Made by a program: the position numbers and the translations under genes
Assembly (NCBI GenBank): GCA_038207335.1
Contig: JBBQZX010000030.1
Coordinates: forward strand, 14,063 to 78,062
Origin: Chthoniobacterales bacterium
Lineage (GTDB): Bacteria > Verrucomicrobiota > Verrucomicrobiia > Chthoniobacterales > Chthoniobacteraceae
Direction of reading: 5' to 3'
DNA length: 64,000 bases
Notes under the pieces: generated by a model
The model's input: only the letters and a program-made list of their open reading frames with translations
Told to the model about the DNA's origin: nothing
The model's database searches: none
In this document: positions 58,641 through 64,000 of the stretch, one piece after another
How positions within the stretch are numbered: the stretch's first letter is position 1
Layout: the number at the start of each line of letters is the position of its first letter

Positions 58641-60593
58641 TTAAATCTCCCGAATGGTGACGTCGCCGGTGGTTGGCGAGAGTTCGATGGGGCTATCAAG
58701 TCCGGCGGTTAGCTTGGCACTGAAGCCTTTCGCCTTGAAGGAGCCGATTTGCTGCGCCACGAAGCCGTAGTGATCGGTGGCATTCACGCCGGTGGGTGTG
58801 CCGACGATCTGTCCGCCGATCACAATACTCGCGATTTTTGAAACGATCGCGGGATTGCCGCCACCACCAATGATCGCATCGTCTGCGTCGCCATAGTTTC
58901 CGTTGTTGCCGGGGAACGCTCCAGCCACCGCGCTGCTGGCGATCCAGTCGCCGCCCGCCGTGATCGCGCCGATCTGCGCGTCTGCATTTGTGGCGACGCC
59001 ACTGGTGTCGTAACCCGCGAGAATCTTTGCGTTCTCGACGCGACCGAGAACGGTGATTTTCGCAATTGCGAGATCGGTGGTGGGTCCAGGAATCGCAGAG
59101 CCTTCGGCACTGATCACCACGATCCCATCGCCGCTTGCGGAGTGCGTGCCGACGATGCTGCCGCCGACTTTCACCGAGCCGATATCCAGTCCGGCCAGGA
59201 TGCTGGCAGTCCTGCCGAGCGTTCCGGTGCTGGCGTCAGCACCGGCGAGGATCGAGCCGTGAATGTTGACGCTTACGATGCGACCGGACAGCGAGGCGAT
59301 GGTGCCGCTGTCGTCCAGCGAAGCGCTGCCGGCGATGCTGCCGCCCTGAAGATCGTGTCCGATGCGGATCGGCCCGAGTGACTGCTCGGCCTTGATCACA
59401 CCGGTCGCCGAGTTCGTGCCGCCAATCAGCGAGCCGCCAATTTTCACGCCCGCGATCTTTCCGCCGTTCGTCGCGATCGAACCGGAGAACGCCCCTGAGC
59501 CGCCCTTCACATCGTGCAGGACCTTCACAAATCCGATATCGCCAGCACTCCCGATATCACCACTGCTGCCGCCTGCTCCACCCAGTATTGAGCCGCCGAT
59601 GGTGACGCCGGCAATGGCGTCTTTGGCGTTGTAAAGATAGCCAGAGCGCAGACCCTCTCCGCCTTGGAGATCGTGGCCGATCGAGACGCGGCCGATGGCT
59701 CCCTTGCTCGAAATTTCACCGCTGTCCACGCCCTTTCCGCCGATGATCGAGCCGCCGATGGCGACGTTCCCTATTTTCCCGTAGCTGTAGTAGTTCGAAA
59801 CGCTACCCGAATGGATCCCTGCGCCACCTTGGAGGTCGTGGCCGATCTTTAGGGAGCCGATGTTTTTCGCCACCACGATCTCGCCGGTATCGTTCGCGGT
59901 GCCTCCGATGATCGAACCGCCAATGGCCACGCTCCCGATGCTGCCGGTGTCGCTCGAGATGATGCCGGAGACGCCGCCGTATCCACCTTTCAAATCGTGG
60001 GCGATCTTGATCGAACCGATGTCGCCCACCACCTCGATCTGGCCGGTATTCGAGGCTCCTCCGACCATCGCCCCCCCGATCGTCACCGTCCCGATCCGGT
60101 ATGCGGCGAGGTAAGCCGACATGTCTCCCTTGATGCTGAGCGTGGTCAAATCACCCACGATCGCGCTGCCGAGCGAGCCGCCGGCTGCTTGCGTCGTCGT
60201 CCCTTCCTTTCCCAGCGAAAGCACTGAGAGTGACTTGAGGCCGGTCGTCTGAATGTCGGCATCTCCCACTTTAATGCGGCCGAGATCGCCGCTGACCTTG
60301 ACCATGCCGAGGTCTTCACCGGTGGCGTTGATGAACCCTACATTGACGTGGCCATCGCCGGTCGCGCTCTTCGTGGCTGTGATCGAGATATTCGCACCGC
60401 TGAATTCAGCACCAAAACTGGCGCCGGAGAGATCGAGCAATTGCAATTGACCGCCGACAACGTGCGCAGCGTTGGCCAGGGCGAAGTTACTACCTTTGGA
60501 GCTGTGGACCGTGACCTTGTCGCCATCGACGTCGGTGAAGTGGAAGACGGCAGCGGGTGCGATTCGGGATTCGAGGATTTCAATCGTGTTCAT
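58641..60593 (-). CDS. Gly-rich beta-solenoid-like repeat protein with N-terminal LESRIAPA motif (paralog)
   Basis: IEILESRIAPAAVFHFTDVDGD; alternating IGGSIIGG/IGHDLQGG repeats; ends PIELSPTTGDVTIREI. Confidence 0.87.
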   Translation of the reverse strand: MNTIEILESRIAPAAVFHFTDVDGDKVTVHSSKGSNFALANAAHVVGGQLQLLDLSGASFGAEFSGANISITATKSATGDGHVNVGFINATGEDLGMVKVSGDLGRIKVGDADIQTTGLKSLSVLSLGKEGTTTQAAGGSLGSAIVGDLTTLSIKGDMSAYLAAYRIGTVTIGGAMVGGASNTGQIEVVGDIGSIKIAHDLKGGYGGVSGIISSDTGSIGSVAIGGSIIGGTANDTGEIVVAKNIGSLKIGHDLQGGAGIHSGSVSNYYSYGKIGNVAIGGSIIGGKGVDSGEISSKGAIGRVSIGHDLQGGEGLRSGYLYNAKDAIAGVTIGGSILGGAGGSSGDIGSAGDIGFVKVLHDVKGGSGAFSGSIATNGGKIAGVKIGGSLIGGTNSATGVIKAEQSLGPIRIGHDLQGGSIAGSASLDDSGTIASLSGRIVSVNIHGSILAGADASTGTLGRTASILAGLDIGSVKVGGSIVGTHSASGDGIVVISAEGSAIPGPTTDLAIAKITVLGRVENAKILAGYDTSGVATNADAQIGAITAGGDWIASSAVAGAFPGNNGNYGDADDAIIGGGGNPAIVSKIASIVIGGQIVGTPTGVNATDHYGFVAQQIGSFKAKGFSAKLTAGLDSPIELSPTTGDVTIREI

Positions 60594-60628
60594 AATGAGA
60601 GTCGGTGAGTGATGAAGTGTGGGTGCCG

Positions 60629-61213
60629 TTACTGTGCGTATCCCTTCGCCTTGAGTTCGGCTTCGATGTCGCTGATTGCCTGGTCGATCGTCCGGTTGGA
60701 GTTGTTGGCCGTGATGGTCCGTTTCGCATCGAGGGTGAAGCCGAACGCCTCGTTGCGGAAATATCCCGGCGAGCCGGTGCTCGTGCCTGTGCCGGACAGC
60801 CCGCGAGGCAGGTTCCGCTGCACCAGGATCGGCGTCGTGGCGATCGTTACGGTCGTGTTTGTGCCACGAAAAAACGCCAGCGATTCGCTGTAGTCCGTCG
60901 GTGAATTGTCGTAGCTGCTGCCCGCAGAGATGAGAGACGCTGTATGTCCCGCAGCCAGCGCGGTGGAGCTCATATGGACGGTTCCAGCGGCGCCAGGGAC
61001 GTAGAACTTCCCGGTCTTATTGGCGTAGAAATAAATCAAGCCCACCTGCCGCGCCGTGTAGTCCACGACCAGGTATTGATTGATGACTTTGGGAGACTGG
61101 GATGAGAGGTCGACGGTAACGCGATCGACGCCCCGGTAGATGAGGACTTCCGCGGAGGCCGAGGCGGCAAGGCCGAGGATGGTAATGAGGCTGAGGATGG
61201 TTTTAGTTTTCAT
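60629..61213 (-). CDS. Secreted hypothetical protein
   Basis: Signal peptide MKTKTILSLITILGLAASASA; an alternative in-frame ATG lies at 61264. Confidence 0.8.
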   Translation of the reverse strand: MKTKTILSLITILGLAASASAEVLIYRGVDRVTVDLSSQSPKVINQYLVVDYTARQVGLIYFYANKTGKFYVPGAAGTVHMSSTALAAGHTASLISAGSSYDNSPTDYSESLAFFRGTNTTVTIATTPILVQRNLPRGLSGTGTSTGSPGYFRNEAFGFTLDAKRTITANNSNRTIDQAISDIEAELKAKGYAQ

Positions 61214-61299
61214 GTTGGATTTGGTTTGGTTTTGGTTGGTTTCGGATAGGTGGTTCGTTTGCATGGACACACCTTGTTCCGGGTCTTGAAAACGCGGAA

Positions 61300-61315
61300 T
61301 ACGCTGTTGGACGTA
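61300..61315 (-). promoter_or_regulatory. TACG-N8-CGTA box, copy 2
   Basis: TACGTCCAACAGCGTA on the minus strand, 35 nt upstream of ATG 61264. Confidence 0.75.
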
Positions 61316-61412
61316 GCCGTCCGATCCCTGTATTTATCAGGGTTCGCAGCCGATCGAGGGCTTTGGAAGGAGGTCTCCGCGCTCTGCGGAAAATCCGCGT
61401 AAAACGTCCTTC

Positions 61413-61428
61413 TACGTCCAACGGCGTA
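61413..61428 (+). promoter_or_regulatory. TACG-N8-CGTA box, copy 3
   Basis: TACGTCCAACGGCGTA, 35 nt upstream of ATG 61464. Confidence 0.75.
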
Positions 61429-61463
61429 TGTCGCCACGGCTCTCTGACGGCTTGGTATGAGCC

Positions 61464-63557
61464 ATGAACAAACCGCGCGCGGCACGAGGCTCGACCACAC
61501 CCGCGGAAAGCGGTTGGCTGGCGGTTGTGAACGCCGATGATCCCGATTCCACCCGCCGCGAGCGCCGCGATGAACTGGCGGCGATTCTCGAGACCGCGCT
61601 CGATTGCATCATCATCATGGATGCGGGCGGCTGCATCCGGGAGTTCAATCCGGCAGCCGAGCGCACCTTCGGCTATCGCCGCGAAGACGTGCTCGGCAGC
61701 GTGCTCGCGGAGAAAATCATTCCCCCGGCCTTTCGCGAGATGCATCGCCGCGGACTCGCGCGTTTCGTCGAGACGGGCGAAGGGAAGATGCTCAACCGCC
61801 GGATCGAGGTGCAGGCCATGCGTGCCGATGGTAGCGAGTTTCCGGCCGAGTTGACCATCACCGCGATCCGCAGCGGCGAGCAGCCAGTCTTCACCGCCTA
61901 CCTGCGGGACCTCACCGAACAGAAACAGCTCTTGGAAGCGCTTGAAGCGTCCCGCAAACGCTGGCAGAAGTTCTTCGAACAGGCTCCGCAGAGCGTGGTG
62001 ATCTTTGCGCCCGATGGCACCACCGTCGAGGTCAATGCCGCCTATGAAAAACTGTTCCGGATCACGCGCGCGCAAGTCATTGGATGGAACATCCTGCGCG
62101 ACGAAACGATGATCGCCGCGGGCGCACCACCCGCTATGGCGGCGGCTTTTGCGGGCAAGGTCACGGTCCTTCCGCCACGCCGTTTCGCCTGGCGCACTGA
62201 TTCCGCGCAACCCGCGCCGGAAGGTGAAACTGGCCGCGACTACCATTCGCGTCTCAAGAGCGCGGAAGCCGGGGATTCTGTCTCCATGCAGGAAAAATGG
62301 ATCGGCGCGCTGCTTTATCCCGTGCTCGACGAGCACGGGCGCGTGCTTGAAGTCGTCTGCATTCACGACGACGCGACGGAGAGCGTCCGCAGCGGAAATG
62401 AGATCCGTGAACTCAACGCCAACCTCGAGCAACAGGTGGCTGAACGCACGGCCGCGCTGCACGAATCGCAGGAACGTTTCTACAAACTCTTCCACGCCAA
62501 TCCGGCCATGATGACGCTGACGCGACTGCGCGATCAGCGCCTCGTCGATGTGAATGACGCCTTCTGCCGCGCCTCGGATCACACCCGCGATGGCTCGCTC
62601 GGCCGGACGCTTGACGATCTCGGCATTTGGATCGACGACGTCGCACGAGCAGCTTTCGAAAACAGTCTCACGACTCTCGGATCCATCCGCGACATGGAGG
62701 TCACTTTTCAGTCCGCCACCGGGCGCAAGGATCACGTCCTCTTTTCCGCAGAAGTCATCGAAATGAGCGGCGAGCCGCACATGCTCACCGTCGCGCTCGA
62801 CCTCAATGCCCGGATGCGGGCGGAGGAGGTGTTGCGCGAAGCTCTGGCCAACGAGAAGGAACTGAGCCGCTTGAAAAGCAGCTTCGTATCGATGGTCTCC
62901 CACGAGTTCCGCACGCCGCTCGGGATCATCCTGAGTTCGTCGGAAATCATCGACCGCTATCTCGACACGCTCGACCCGGCGGAGCGTCGCGAGCAACTCG
63001 ATGCAATCAAGGATGCCGTGGGCCGCATGACCGCGCTGATGGAGCAGGTGCTCATGTTCAGCCGCATCGAAACCGGCGAGCTGGAATGCCGCCCGCAGCC
63101 GCTCGACCTCGCAGCGTTCTGCGCGCGTCTGCACGACGAAATGATCTCCGCCACGAGTCACCGCTGCCCGATCGAATTTACCGCCGAGACCTCTCTCGCC
63201 GGCGCGGTCGCCGACGAAAAACTGCTTCGCCACATCTTTACCAATCTGCTCTCCAACGCGGTGAAATATTCGAGCTGCGACGAACCCGTGCGCTTCACCG
63301 CGCGGCGCGAAAACGGCGACGCGATCTTCCACGTCATCGACCGCGGACTCGGCATCCCCGACCTCGCGCTCGACCGGCTCTTCACCGCCTTCCACCGCGC
63401 CCGAAATGTCGCCGACATCCCCGGCACCGGGCTCGGCCTCGTCATCGTCCGCAAGTGCCTCGACGCGCACGGCGGCGACATCCATTTCGCGAGCATCGAG
63501 GACGAAGGTACGACCGTCCGCGTCACGCTGCCGCTGTTCCCAAATCCTGAGCCATGA
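61464..63557 (+). CDS. Cytoplasmic multi-PAS sensor histidine kinase
   Basis: Three PAS-like domains; SHEFRTPL H-box, NLLSNAVKY and GTGLGL; no TM helix seen. Confidence 0.94.
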   Translation: MNKPRAARGSTTPAESGWLAVVNADDPDSTRRERRDELAAILETALDCIIIMDAGGCIREFNPAAERTFGYRREDVLGSVLAEKIIPPAFREMHRRGLARFVETGEGKMLNRRIEVQAMRADGSEFPAELTITAIRSGEQPVFTAYLRDLTEQKQLLEALEASRKRWQKFFEQAPQSVVIFAPDGTTVEVNAAYEKLFRITRAQVIGWNILRDETMIAAGAPPAMAAAFAGKVTVLPPRRFAWRTDSAQPAPEGETGRDYHSRLKSAEAGDSVSMQEKWIGALLYPVLDEHGRVLEVVCIHDDATESVRSGNEIRELNANLEQQVAERTAALHESQERFYKLFHANPAMMTLTRLRDQRLVDVNDAFCRASDHTRDGSLGRTLDDLGIWIDDVARAAFENSLTTLGSIRDMEVTFQSATGRKDHVLFSAEVIEMSGEPHMLTVALDLNARMRAEEVLREALANEKELSRLKSSFVSMVSHEFRTPLGIILSSSEIIDRYLDTLDPAERREQLDAIKDAVGRMTALMEQVLMFSRIETGELECRPQPLDLAAFCARLHDEMISATSHRCPIEFTAETSLAGAVADEKLLRHIFTNLLSNAVKYSSCDEPVRFTARRENGDAIFHVIDRGLGIPDLALDRLFTAFHRARNVADIPGTGLGLVIVRKCLDAHGGDIHFASIEDEGTTVRVTLPLFPNPEP

Positions 63558-64000
63558 AAAAAATCCTCCTCATCGAAGACGAGCCGCAGATGCGGAAAAA
63601 CCTCGCGCTGATTCTGAAACGCGAAGGCTTCACGGTGGTCGTTGGTGCCGACGGGAGCGAAGGAATCCTGCTCGCAAAACGTGAACTGCCCGACTTGATC
63701 CTCTGCGACGTGATGATGCCCGAAGTCGATGGCTACGGCGTCCTCGGCGCACTCCGCGCCGAGCACGCGACCGAGACGATCCCATTCATTTTCCTCACCG
63801 CGAAAGGCGACAAAGCCGACATCCGCTCCGGCATGAATCTCGGTGCCGACGACTACCTCACGAAGCCCGTGAGCGTGGACGATCTCCTCGCCGCGATCAC
63901 CGCCCGCCTCGCCCGCAGCTCGCAGCATCGCCGCGAACTCCGCCCCATTTTCGAGTCCCCCACCCCGCTCGAAACCCTCGGGCTCACGCCCCGCGAAGCC
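63554..64000 (+). CDS. Response regulator, probably NarL/LuxR family (runs off the window end)
   Basis: Manual translation: MKKILLIEDE...LILCDVMMP...GADDYLTKP...LGLTPREA (start of a LuxR HTH); ATGA-coupled to the kinase. Confidence 0.9.
   Translation, partial: MKKILLIEDEPQMRKNLALILKREGFTVVVGADGSEGILLAKRELPDLILCDVMMPEVDGYGVLGALRAEHATETIPFIFLTAKGDKADIRSGMNLGADDYLTKPVSVDDLLAAITARLARSSQHRRELRPIFESPTPLETLGLTPREA

Noticed and set aside
1..64000. CRISPR array, cas genes, rRNA, phage structural genes
   Set aside because: No regularly spaced repeats or recognisable motifs seen.

Overview
GC-rich bacterial chromosome segment. The gene set (DUF1592/DUF1552, DUF5069, CotH, 'LESRIAPA' proteins, A/C-rich leaders without Shine-Dalgarno) suggests Verrucomicrobiota, possibly Chthoniobacter-like; this is inference. 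The left 11 kb is core-like: glmS (partial), glgC, CotH kinase, purN, RfaE2-type adenylyltransferase and two secreted proteins. A tRNA-Asn(GTT) at 11449-11523 is followed by a decayed tyrosine integrase and about 41.5 kb of mosaic accessory DNA, which ends at a tmRNA-3'-like fragment at 53175-53198. The accessory DNA carries an ECF sigma/anti-sigma/Spy-like operon, a NemR-like TetR detox operon, a DUF1592-DUF1552 cluster, a nirK-cytochrome c/NirV/SCO/NnrS cluster with a frameshifted nirK, MarR-ClC, a GH32 fructan operon, hydrolases and about ten gene remnants. The right end holds the most interesting candidate system. Two signal-peptide-less Gly-rich repeat proteins share an N-terminal LESRIAPA motif and a near-identical C-terminus, and each is followed by a small membrane-protein gene. 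A secreted protein gene lies upstream and a PAS kinase/NarL-family regulator pair is divergent. Three copies of a 16-bp box TACGTCC(A/G)AC(G/A)GCGTA, each exactly 35 nt upstream of an ATG, link these genes. All family assignments come from motif recognition by eye; no database searches were run.
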